Part shown: piece by piece, positions 1 through 7,973 of the stretch | Numbering within the stretch: the first letter of the stretch is position 1 | Layout of the letters: every line of letters starts with the position of its first letter | Assembly: GCA_037443365.1 (NCBI GenBank) | Contig: JBBIOM010000050.1 | Location: 1 to 11,228, forward strand | Length of the DNA: 11,228 nucleotides | Source of the DNA: Armatimonadota bacterium | GTDB lineage: Bacteria > Sysuimicrobiota > Sysuimicrobiia > Sysuimicrobiales > Humicultoraceae | Reading direction: 5' to 3' | Made by a program: the position numbers and the translations under genes | Notes under the pieces: generated by a model | What the model was told of the DNA's origin: nothing | Database searches by the model: none | The model's input: the letters and a program-made list of their open reading frames with translations, nothing else

Positions 1-1043
1 GTCTTCCGCCGCCTCCGCTCGCCCATCGGAGCGAACCACGCACCACGCGCCCGCCCCTCGCGGCCGCGATCCTCGATCCCAAACAGCGCGAGGTGAAGGA
101 CGGCCCCCTCGACATCAAGCGCCGCACCCACAACTCCGTCTCCAGTTATTCGCATGTCGGTCCCCCTGCCTACTGCCGGGTGCGCTGTGATCGTCGCGCT
201 CCGCGCGGATTGCAGGAATGCAACGGCGGCCTCGGCCGGCCCGGGCTCGACTGCATCCGCCACCTTGCCACCTCCGCTCACTGCCAGCGCCTCCATGGCG
301 TATGACGGGATGAGCCGATCCCAAAGGCCCTCCAGGGTCTCGGGCCGGTCGAAGAGGTCCGCGCACACAACGCGTCCGGCCACCGCCGCGACTACGCCGG
401 TCTGCCCGGGCTGCCGCGGAAGCCGCTTGAGGTACTCCTCGATGTCACTCCCCCGCTGCTCGTAGGCCGCGTGCATCGCCGCGGTCGGCGAGGCGGCGCC
501 CACCGCGCGCAACGTACTATCCACACCCTCCCAGACGGCGGACTGGTCGGTCATGTAAGTCCCATCGCGGCGGACCGAAGCAGCCACAGTCCGGGCGTTG
601 GCCGCGCGGGTGCTGAAGAACAGCGTCGGGCTGGTGGGCCGCGCATCAGAGCGCGGGGCGCCCCACCGCCCTGCCTCGACGCAGGACACCGGGATGTCGA
701 GCGTGGTCCGTTCCGGCACCAGGATCGTGGCGTTGAGAACGCGGTTCTGCTTGACCCCGACCAGGTGCTCACCGTCCACCAGCAGGACCGGTTTCTCGCC
801 CTGGTTGTGGATGCGCAGTCCGGGCACCGTCCCCTGCCCGATCTCCTCGATCACGGCAGTCCCGGACTCGACCGCCCGGCCAAGCAGGTGATACTCGAAC
901 GGGGCCCGGCAGTCCGTGAACAGCGGGAACAAGGTCAGGCCCGAGAAGGAGTTCGGCTCGCCATAGCGAATCGCTCCTTCCGCGAAGAGGGCGATGAGAG
1001 ATGCTGCAGACTCCTTGGGATTCCTCGTGCTGGAGTTCCTCAT
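1..1043 (-). CDS. DUF6569 / ARPP-1-like domain protein (ARG and rhodanese-phosphatase-associated family); 3' end runs off the window
   Basis: Absent from the ORF track because it has no stop in the window. ATG at 1043, with RBS AAAGGAGGT (1059-1051) 7 nt upstream. Hand translation is open for about 347 codons: MRNSSTRNPKESAASLIALFAEGAIRYGEPNSFSGLTLFPLF...VLLVDGEHLVGVKQNRVLNATILVP...IPVSCVEAGRW...TDQSAVWEGV...ADLFDRPETLEGLWDRLIPSYAMEAL...AVGRGTDMRI...VLHLALF...GERRRRK. The GE..VG.KQNR, PVSCVE.GRW, Q..VW and L..SYA.EAL motifs match my recollection of DUF6569/ARPP-1. Confidence 0.85.
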   Translation of the reverse strand, partial: MRNSSTRNPKESAASLIALFAEGAIRYGEPNSFSGLTLFPLFTDCRAPFEYHLLGRAVESGTAVIEEIGQGTVPGLRIHNQGEKPVLLVDGEHLVGVKQNRVLNATILVPERTTLDIPVSCVEAGRWGAPRSDARPTSPTLFFSTRAANARTVAASVRRDGTYMTDQSAVWEGVDSTLRAVGAASPTAAMHAAYEQRGSDIEEYLKRLPRQPGQTGVVAAVAGRVVCADLFDRPETLEGLWDRLIPSYAMEALAVSGGGKVADAVEPGPAEAAVAFLQSARSATITAHPAVGRGTDMRITGDGVVGAALDVEGAVLHLALFGIEDRGREGRARGAWFAPMGERRRRK

Positions 1044-1073
1044 GCTCACGACCTCCTTTGTTCGCTTTAGCCC

Positions 1074-1102
1074 ATGATATATGCTATAGTGGAGTTTGTC
1101 AA
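1074..1102 (-). promoter_or_regulatory. sigma70-type promoter for the ARPP-1-like gene
   Basis: The minus strand reads TTGACA (1102-1097), a 17-nt spacer, then TATCAT (1079-1074). It lies in an AT-rich patch about 30 nt upstream of the ATG at 1043. Confidence 0.8.
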
Positions 1103-1134
1103 GTCTATAGAGGGTAGGATGGCGGGGTGGCCAG

Positions 1135-1755
1135 ATGAACGCCAGCAGCAGGAGACCGAAGCGATCCGTCGGGCCTGGGCGCGCCAGGACCCATCTCAAC
1201 TACGGGGAGGCCATCGAGCGGCTGCGGAGGGAGAGCGGGATGACCCGGGAGGCCCTGGCCGCTGAATCGGGCGTTTCCCCGTCGTATCTCTATGAAGTTG
1301 AGCGCGGCTACAAGCGGCCCTCGACCGACGTGCTGGCGCGTCTGGCAGAGGCGCTCGGCCGGTCTCCCAGCGAGGTACTCGCCTACATCGAGGCCATGTC
1401 CGAGGTCCTGCCCGCAGCCACGCCCGAGGCAAGGCCGGGAGCGACGGCAGAGACGCCGCCCGGTCTCGAATCCGCACCAGGTCTGGAGGACCTCGCACGG
1501 AACATGACGCTGGAGCCGGACCTGCCCGGGGCTGCCGCCATGCGCATCGAACCACCGCGCATGGAGCCCCCGCGCACCCGCCGAGAATGGGCCTCCAGCC
1601 GCTTCAACATCGATCCGGCGATTGACGCCTACGAGACGCCAACGCGTCAGAGCGGGTCGCTCCGATCCCTGCTTGCCGTGCTCGAGTACCTGGGCGAGGA
1701 CGACATTCGCATCCTGCTCGCTCTGGCGCGCCGCCTGGCAGGCAGGGGCGGGTAG
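1135..1755 (+). CDS. XRE-family (Cro/CI-type HTH) transcriptional regulator
   Basis: YGEAIERLRRESGMTREALAAESGVSPSYLYEVERGYKRPSTDVLARLAEALG is a typical HTH_3 domain. It is followed by a Pro/Ala/Glu-rich linker and a C-terminal helix (LGEDDIRILLALARRLA). Exact start is uncertain (no strong RBS). Confidence 0.88.
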   Translation: MNASSRRPKRSVGPGRARTHLNYGEAIERLRRESGMTREALAAESGVSPSYLYEVERGYKRPSTDVLARLAEALGRSPSEVLAYIEAMSEVLPAATPEARPGATAETPPGLESAPGLEDLARNMTLEPDLPGAAAMRIEPPRMEPPRTRREWASSRFNIDPAIDAYETPTRQSGSLRSLLAVLEYLGEDDIRILLALARRLAGRGG

Positions 1756-1791
1756 ATCCCGGGGCGGGGCGCGCCGTCCGGGGATGATCCC

Positions 1792-3249
1792 ATGCTTCAC
1801 CTGACGGTCCTGGGAGGCGCCGGCGAGATCGGCGGCAACAAGATCCTGCTGGAGGATGGGGGCTCGGGCCTCCTCCTCGACTTCGGCATCAGCTACAAGC
1901 GCAGGGGCTCGTTCTTCGAGGAGTACCTGAGGCCGCGCACCGCGGCCGGCCTGACCGACCTGCTGGTGACAGGAGTGCTGCCGCGCGTACCCGGCCTCTA
2001 CCGCCGCGACCTGCTGGAGATGGCGCAGCAGGAGGGGCATCCGGGCCCCAGACGGCCGGACGGGAGCGACGTACTGCCGCTCCACGACGAGCCCGCGGCA
2101 GCGGCGGTGCTGCTCTCTCACGCCCACCTCGATCACGCAGGGCACATCAGCTTCCTGGACGAGCGGATCCCGGTTTACTGCTCGCCGCTTTGCCACGCCA
2201 CCATCGAGGCCATGACGCTCACGCGGGGGCGCGACTTCGAGACCGAGATCCTCAACTTCCTTCCCAGGCCTGCCCTCCCGCCCTACGACGACGTGGTGCC
2301 GCGCCGCTTTGAGACCGTCGAGGGCGAGTTTGCGGCTGGAGCGTGGTCCTGCCGCGCCCTGCCCGTGGACCACTCGATCCTGGGCGGCCTGGCCTTCCTC
2401 GTGCGCACCTCGCGGGGAAACATCCTCTACACCGGAGACCTGCGCTTCCACGGGCCCGAGGCGCACCTGGGTGAGGCGATGCTGGACGCGGCCGCATCCG
2501 AGGGCATATGGATGCTCATCACCGAGGGCACGCGCCTGGACTCAACTGAGCGCCGATCCGAGGAGGATGTGTTCAGCGAGTGCCTGGAGGCGGTGCGCGG
2601 CTGCCGTGGGCCGGTGGTCGCCGACTTCGCGCCGCGCGACCTCTACCGGCTCTCCACGTTTCTGGGTATCGCAAGGGAGACGGGCCGCTCGCTGGTCGTC
2701 ACCACCCAGGATGCCTTCCTGCTGGAGCACCTGCGCAACCAGCATCCGCTGGTGCCCGACCCCAAGAGGGAGCCGGTCCTGATCCTCAAGGAGCGCAAGG
2801 CCAGCGGCACCTACCGGGAGCAGGACTACGCCATGTGGGAACGCCAGGTGCTGCGGTGGCCCACGGCAGGCGCGGCGCATGAACTGCGACCAGCGCGCTC
2901 GAGCCTGATCCTGGCGCTATCCTTCTGGGACATCCACAACCTGATCGACTTGGGGGTGGATGCCGGGGACGATGCGCTGTTCATCCACTCGGCCAGCGAG
3001 GCCTACAGCGAGGAGCAGGCCGCCGACGAGCGGCGCCTCGGCAACTGGCTGGACCTGCTGGGCGTGCGCGCCCGCCTGCGCAGCCACGCCTCGGGACACG
3101 CCTGCCAGGCCGACCTGGTGCGCATGGTCAGGCGGCTGCGGCCCGAGATCCTGGTGCCGGTGCACACCGAGGTCCCGGGGTTGTGGGGAGAACTTGTACC
3201 CGAGGTTCAGGTGATCGAGCCGGAGGCCGGGGTGCAGATGGCATGGTAG
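1792..3249 (+). CDS. MBL-fold beta-CASP metallo-hydrolase, RNase J-like nuclease
   Basis: N-terminal LGGAGEIGGNKI, then LLDFG (motif 1), SHAHLDH (motif 2), VDHS (motif 3), YTGDLRFHG (motif 4), ITEGT, HASGHA and PVHTE (beta-CASP/RMMBL motifs). It ends soon after the last motif, so it lacks the C-terminal domain of canonical bacterial RNase J. Confidence 0.85.
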   Translation: MLHLTVLGGAGEIGGNKILLEDGGSGLLLDFGISYKRRGSFFEEYLRPRTAAGLTDLLVTGVLPRVPGLYRRDLLEMAQQEGHPGPRRPDGSDVLPLHDEPAAAAVLLSHAHLDHAGHISFLDERIPVYCSPLCHATIEAMTLTRGRDFETEILNFLPRPALPPYDDVVPRRFETVEGEFAAGAWSCRALPVDHSILGGLAFLVRTSRGNILYTGDLRFHGPEAHLGEAMLDAAASEGIWMLITEGTRLDSTERRSEEDVFSECLEAVRGCRGPVVADFAPRDLYRLSTFLGIARETGRSLVVTTQDAFLLEHLRNQHPLVPDPKREPVLILKERKASGTYREQDYAMWERQVLRWPTAGAAHELRPARSSLILALSFWDIHNLIDLGVDAGDDALFIHSASEAYSEEQAADERRLGNWLDLLGVRARLRSHASGHACQADLVRMVRRLRPEILVPVHTEVPGLWGELVPEVQVIEPEAGVQMAW

Positions 3250-3319
3250 GCCGCGGCCTGCCCGCGAGACCCCGGATGGATCAGGGCCGAGCCTCCGGCG
3301 GAATGCCTTCATCGCCTTC

Positions 3320-4567
3320 TCAACGAGCTGCCAAGCGCTGAAACGCCGCACCGGTGCGGGTGAGCACCGGGGGATCGGCCATCATGTTGCGCGCCGCGGC
3401 GAGATTGGCCTGCCTGAACAGCTCGGCCGGGCGCAGCCCGCGGGTGGATTCGCCGTACTCGACGTAGCCGTAGAAGTGCCGCGACCAGAAGAACGACGTG
3501 AAGTCGATCTTCTGGAAGTGCGAGAGCTTCCCCATCACGGTGATGAACTCGACGTCGAGGGGCTCCCAGAAGCCGAAGACATCGCGCGCGAACAGCGCGG
3601 GCGCCGCCGCGACCGCCTGCGCGCGCAGTTCGTGGTCGCGGGTCTTGTAGAGCCACGCCTCGCCGAGGACGACCCTCTTGCCGGCGCGCCGCGCTATGTC
3701 CGCGAACCTGAATGCCCGGTCAACGACGTAGTCCTGGTTGATCGGGTAGATGTGCATGTCGAGGTAGTCGAGCGTGGTCCGTGCCAGGGCCTGGGCGTAG
3801 GCCAGATCGTCCCAGGTCCCGGCGCCCGCGCCGACGAGGACGCCCATGCGGTCCAGCCCTCCCAGGACGTGCTGCACCGCGGCGGTGTAGCTGGCGACGG
3901 TCAGGGGCAGCCCTGTGTTCTCCTGGGCGGTGTGCGGCTCGTTCGCGATGGTCAGGTAGTCGGGCCGGATCTCGCGTACGATCACCTCGGCCATCCCCCG
4001 CGCCTCGCGCATGTAGCGCTCGAGCGTAAGCCCCGTGTAGTGGCCTGCCACGGGCAGGGAGCTGAAGACCGGCTCGCGGAAGCCAGGCGTCATCTGCGCC
4101 AGGAACTTCAGGTTGCGCCTCTTAAGTTCGGCTGAGAGCCGCTTGAAGAACTCGAGGTAGTCGCCCGAGCGCGGGAATCCCGGCACCAGGATCGGATACT
4201 TGATCGCCACCTTGACCCCTCGCACGCCCGCAAGTTGCAGCCGGTCGAGGTTGAGCAGGACCACCTGCCACGCCTGCGGGCGCAGGATCGCCTCGCCCTG
4301 GTTGCTGTTGGCCGCCAGCAACTCGGCGGCGAAGACGGCGTCGTGCCGCTCGCCGCTCCAGCGTGGGGTGATGTAGGCGTCTATCGCGCGCAGCCTGCCA
4401 GCCAGCATCGCGTAGAGGTCGGCGTACTCGGCCGGGATGGGCGCGGGCTGGGCGGCGAGCGCCGGCCGGAGACCCAGGGCTGGAGCGGCATCCCACGCGC
4501 CTGCGCCGGCAAGCAGCACGGCTATCAGGAACAGGTGGATCACGCAAGGAAGGCGTCGAGTGCGCAT
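3320..4567 (-). CDS. Secreted TIM-barrel glycoside hydrolase-like protein (clan GH-A-like)
   Basis: Basic then hydrophobic N-terminal signal peptide. Motifs YLTIANEP (acid/base-like), LDMHIY and VVLGEAW (nucleophile-like). RBS-like GGGGGAGAG upstream of ATG 4567. Confidence 0.65.
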   Translation of the reverse strand: MRTRRLPCVIHLFLIAVLLAGAGAWDAAPALGLRPALAAQPAPIPAEYADLYAMLAGRLRAIDAYITPRWSGERHDAVFAAELLAANSNQGEAILRPQAWQVVLLNLDRLQLAGVRGVKVAIKYPILVPGFPRSGDYLEFFKRLSAELKRRNLKFLAQMTPGFREPVFSSLPVAGHYTGLTLERYMREARGMAEVIVREIRPDYLTIANEPHTAQENTGLPLTVASYTAAVQHVLGGLDRMGVLVGAGAGTWDDLAYAQALARTTLDYLDMHIYPINQDYVVDRAFRFADIARRAGKRVVLGEAWLYKTRDHELRAQAVAAAPALFARDVFGFWEPLDVEFITVMGKLSHFQKIDFTSFFWSRHFYGYVEYGESTRGLRPAELFRQANLAAARNMMADPPVLTRTGAAFQRLAAR

Positions 4568-4721
4568 GTGCTCTCCCCCCGGCGGGATGGTGTGCCTGTC
4601 ATATGGACCGAAGGGACGGTGTGGTGGTTGAGCAGGGGGCAGGTGAAGCCCGCCTCTGCCACGTAAAGAAGCGGTGGCAGTTCAAGGAGCGCCGCAGGGC
4701 GCCTATCCAGAAGGAGGCACT

Positions 4722-5738
4722 ATGAGAAGAATCGCCGTCGCCGTTCTCCTGCTGTCCCTGGTCCTCACCGGCACGGTCAGCACGCAGGCGCAACCGCGCC
4801 GGATAGTCGTGTACGCGGCTATGGATGAGACCGTGATCAGCCGGGTCGTCAAGGCGTTCACCGACCGCACCGGCATACCGGTGGAGATGCTGACCGTGGC
4901 CGCGGCCGGCACCATGGCCGCGCGCATAGTGGCCGAGAAGGCGCGTCCCCGCGCCGACATCTTCGTGGGCGGCTCGATAGACTTCCACGCACCGCTGGCG
5001 GCCGAGGGCATCCTGGCGCAGTATCGCTCCCCGATGATCGGGCAGGCCGGCATCAGCAAGGAGTTCGTGGATCCTCAGGGGTTCTGGAACGGGTGGTACT
5101 TCGGCGTGCTGTCAATCGTCGTGAACCGCCCGCTGTTCGATCGGACGCTCGGGGCCGCCGGCGTCGCGATGCCCAGGACCTGGGACGACGTGCTGACGCC
5201 GGCGTACCGCGGGCACTTCGTGCAGCCCAGCCCGGTCACAACGGGCGCCGGGTACATCTTCGCGGCCACGCAGTTCTTCCGGCTGGGCGAGGACCGCGGG
5301 TGGGCCTACCTCCGGTCGCTCCACACCAACACATCGCAGTACGCGCCGACAGTCCCGGCGGCGATGACGCTGGTGGAGCGCGGGGAGGCGACGCTCGGGA
5401 TGAACTGGGCGCACGTGGGCCTCATGGCGCGCAACCGCGGCGTGCCGATCGACATCGTGATCCCAACCGACACCGGGTTCGAGATCGGAGGGGTCTCGAT
5501 CATCAAGGGAGGCCCGAACCCCGAGGGCGCCAGGGAGTTCGTGGACTTCGTGTACTCGCGGCTGGCGCAGGACATCGGCGCGAAGTACCACCTGACATAC
5601 CCGGTGCGGGGCGACGTGCCGAGCCCGCTCGGGATGCCGCCGCTGGAGAGCATCAAGCTGGTCAAGTACGACCGCGAGTGGGCAATCGCGAACATGAGCC
5701 GCGTCCGCGAGAGGTGGACCCGAGACATCGGCCGCTAG
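4722..5738 (+). CDS. ABC transporter substrate-binding protein, AfuA/FbpA-like (Fe3+/sugar-phosphate/phosphonate class)
   Basis: RBS AAGGAGG (4711-4717) precedes ATG 4722, preferred over the track's 4674 start. Signal peptide MRRIAVAVLLLSLVLTGTVSTQA. Motifs RIVAEKARPRADIFVGG, PRTWDDVLTPAYRG and TGFEIGGVSIIKGGPNPEGAREFVDF. Confidence 0.88.
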   Translation: MRRIAVAVLLLSLVLTGTVSTQAQPRRIVVYAAMDETVISRVVKAFTDRTGIPVEMLTVAAAGTMAARIVAEKARPRADIFVGGSIDFHAPLAAEGILAQYRSPMIGQAGISKEFVDPQGFWNGWYFGVLSIVVNRPLFDRTLGAAGVAMPRTWDDVLTPAYRGHFVQPSPVTTGAGYIFAATQFFRLGEDRGWAYLRSLHTNTSQYAPTVPAAMTLVERGEATLGMNWAHVGLMARNRGVPIDIVIPTDTGFEIGGVSIIKGGPNPEGAREFVDFVYSRLAQDIGAKYHLTYPVRGDVPSPLGMPPLESIKLVKYDREWAIANMSRVRERWTRDIGR

Positions 5739-5748
5739 GCGGCACGGA

Positions 5749-7389
5749 ATGCAGAGAGCTTCCCTCTTGACCGGGAGGCGCTTCCGTCTGGCGGCGGACC
5801 CCGGCCTTCTGGCCGGGTATTCCGCCGCCGTGCTGCTGCTCGTGCTCTTCGTTCTGTATCCGACCCTGCGCGTGCTGGTGTTCCCGTCGCTGGGGGACTA
5901 CCTCTCCATCCCCGACAGCACGCGTTGGATGCAGGCCGCGCGCAACAGTCTCCTCATGATGGTGCTCTCGAGCGCCTCGGCGACGGCGCTAGGGCTGGTC
6001 TTCGCCTTCGCAATGACACGGGGCGACATTCCAGGCGCCGGGTTCTTTCGCGTGATCGTGCAGCTGCCGATGTTCGCCCCACCCTTCATGGTGGCCCTGG
6101 CCTACATCCTGCTGTTCGGCAGGCAGGGCCTGATTACGCGGTCGCTGCTCGGGCTCAACGTCAACATCTTCGGCCTGCCCGGCCTCTGGCTGGCCCAGAC
6201 AGTGGCGTTCTTCCCGTATGCCGCGCTGATCATCACGGGCGTGCTCAGGGGGATAAACCCGACCCTGGAATTGGCCGCCGCCAACCTAGGAGCGGATCCG
6301 CGGCGGGCCCTGCGGGACGTCACCCTGGGGTTGGCGCGGCCGGGCCTGACCGGCGCGCTCCTCGTGGTGGCGATCACCGTCCTGGCCGACTTCGGGAACG
6401 CGGTCATCATCGCGGGCGGGTTCCCGCTCCTGGCGACAGAGGCCTGGTTCCGTCTGGAGGGCATGGGTGACGCGCGGGGGGCCGCCCTGGTCGTGTCAAT
6501 GCTGATAGTCCCCACGGTCGTGCTCTTCTTCCTCGAGCGCCGCATCATCGGACGACGGCAGTACGTCACGGTGACAGGGCGCGGCGCGCGCATGGAGCCG
6601 GTTGGCACCCCGCCGGGGCTGCGGTGGTGCGTGTTTGGGATCTGCGCGTTCGCCTCGGTGCTCGTTGTGCTCGTGTACCTGACAATCGTGCTGGGCGCGT
6701 TCGTGTCCGTGTGGGGATACAACTGGGCCATCACCCTTGACCACTGGCGCCTCTCGCTGGACCGGGTGGGCACCTTGATAAACAGCCTCAAGCTGGCGGC
6801 CGGAAGCGCGGGGATCACGGTCGTACTGGCTGTGCTGGTGGCCTTCCTCGCCTCCCGTGAAAGCATGGTGCGGCGCTCTCTCGATTTCATGGCGATGCTG
6901 CCCGGAGCGCTGCCCGGCGTCTTCGTCGGGGTGGGATTCGTCCTGGCGTTCAACCAGCCGCCGCTCGAGCTGGTGGGCACCTACTGGATCCTGGCCCTGG
7001 CGCTGGCCTTCTGGCACCTGCCGCTGGGCTATCAGACGATCGCCGCGGCCCTCCGGCAGATCGAGCGGGCCATCGAGGAGGCCGCGAGCAACCTGGGTGC
7101 CTCGAGCCTGGACGTGGTTCGAGACATTTACCTGCCGCTTCTGCGTGGGGCCATAGTGGACGTGTTCGCGGTCTCGTCCATCCGGACCGTGGTCAACGTG
7201 AGCATCGTGGTATTCCTCGTCTCCCCTGGACACGTGGTGGCGACCTTCGCCATCATGTCGCTCATAGTCAATGGATCATGGGGTGGGGCCTCCGCGCTGA
7301 CATCGCTGCTGCTGGTGGTGACGTTGGCGGCAGCAGGCCTGGCGCGGGTGGCCTTGGGGGTAGAGGTGAGGACGGCGAGGATAGGATAG
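5749..7389 (+). CDS. ABC transporter permease, AfuB/FbpB-like, two fused transmembrane domains
   Basis: Highly hydrophobic 546-aa ORF starting 10 nt after the binding-protein stop. Two EAA loops (LELAAANLGA and IEEAASNLGAS) and the linker YVTVTGRG. Confidence 0.9.
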   Translation: MQRASLLTGRRFRLAADPGLLAGYSAAVLLLVLFVLYPTLRVLVFPSLGDYLSIPDSTRWMQAARNSLLMMVLSSASATALGLVFAFAMTRGDIPGAGFFRVIVQLPMFAPPFMVALAYILLFGRQGLITRSLLGLNVNIFGLPGLWLAQTVAFFPYAALIITGVLRGINPTLELAAANLGADPRRALRDVTLGLARPGLTGALLVVAITVLADFGNAVIIAGGFPLLATEAWFRLEGMGDARGAALVVSMLIVPTVVLFFLERRIIGRRQYVTVTGRGARMEPVGTPPGLRWCVFGICAFASVLVVLVYLTIVLGAFVSVWGYNWAITLDHWRLSLDRVGTLINSLKLAAGSAGITVVLAVLVAFLASRESMVRRSLDFMAMLPGALPGVFVGVGFVLAFNQPPLELVGTYWILALALAFWHLPLGYQTIAAALRQIERAIEEAASNLGASSLDVVRDIYLPLLRGAIVDVFAVSSIRTVVNVSIVVFLVSPGHVVATFAIMSLIVNGSWGGASALTSLLLVVTLAAAGLARVALGVEVRTARIG

Positions 7390-7427
7390 AACACCGCGCC
7401 TGCGTCCCTCTCCTGCGCTCCTCCTCA

Positions 7428-7469
7428 CAACAACAAGGCCCCTGCTCCGAGTGCGGAGCAGGGGCCCTG
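7428..7469 (-). terminator. Intrinsic terminator downstream of the histone H1-like gene; may act in both directions
   Basis: Perfect 13-bp stem GGCCCCTGCTCCG (7437-7449) / CGGAGCAGGGGCC (7454-7466) with a 4-nt loop. On the minus strand it is followed by TTGTTGTTG. It lies between convergent genes. Confidence 0.75.
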
Positions 7470-7481
7470 CCAGGCCGGAGC

Positions 7482-7763
7482 CTATCCCAGCGTGAACGGG
7501 GGTGCTGCGGGCGGAGGCGGGGCCACCGGGGGCGCCGGGACGACCGGGGCCGGGACGGCGGGTGGCTTCGCCCGTGCTCTTACGGGCTTCTTGGCCACGG
7601 CCTTGACCGGCTTCTTCTTCGCCGGGGCCTTCTTAGCCGCGCGAACAGGCTTGCGGACCGGCTTGGCCTTGGCTGGCTTCTTCTTGCGGGCGACGGTCTT
7701 GGCCGGCGCCTTCTTCTTGACGGGAGCCTTACGAGATCGCTTGGCACGCTTCTTTGCTGGCAA
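7482..7763 (-). CDS. Small Lys/Ala/Pro-rich histone H1-like basic protein
   Basis: TTG start with RBS GGAGGGGG (7779-7772). Repeated KKAPAK/KKPVKA units with consistent AAG codons, a Pro-rich tail, no acidic residues, and a terminator immediately downstream. Confidence 0.7.
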   Translation of the reverse strand: MPAKKRAKRSRKAPVKKKAPAKTVARKKKPAKAKPVRKPVRAAKKAPAKKKPVKAVAKKPVRARAKPPAVPAPVVPAPPVAPPPPAAPPFTLG

Positions 7764-7973
7764 GGACTATCCCCCCTCCCGTTGTTAACCTCGATGCCTG
7801 GCAACCGCCTACAGGTGCACAGTACGCTTTCTTTTCGAGGTCTCCTGCTAGTCGGGGCGGGTATTCGCGGGGGCGGGGGAAGAATCTGAGACCCGTGGAT
7901 CGCCGGCTTCGCCGCGCCCTGTGGCTTGCCTGACCCGAGGTTCGATGCTATCACTCACAGCGAGGGAGATGGA

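Noticed and set aside
93..1070. Plus-strand ORFs 93-305, 154-465, 471-1070 and 598-891, and short minus-strand ORFs
   Set aside because: They are shadows of the minus-strand ARPP-1-like gene, which has the RBS, promoter and family motifs.
1105..2466. 453-aa minus-strand ORF
   Set aside because: Antisense to the XRE and beta-CASP genes, with no motifs; typical high-GC shadow frame.
4674..4721. Longer start for the binding protein given by the track
   Set aside because: The RBS and signal peptide support ATG 4722.
6102..7233. Minus-strand ORFs of 292 and 245 aa
   Set aside because: Antisense shadows of the permease with no recognisable domains.
7741..7758. sigma54-like TTGGCACGCTTCTTTGCT
   Set aside because: GG-to-GC spacing is 11 nt rather than the required 10, and it lies within a coding region.
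7492..7788. Plus-strand Gly/Ala/Phe-rich ORF that looks membrane-like
   Set aside because: It is the mirror of the Lys-rich minus-strand ORF, which has the RBS and terminator.
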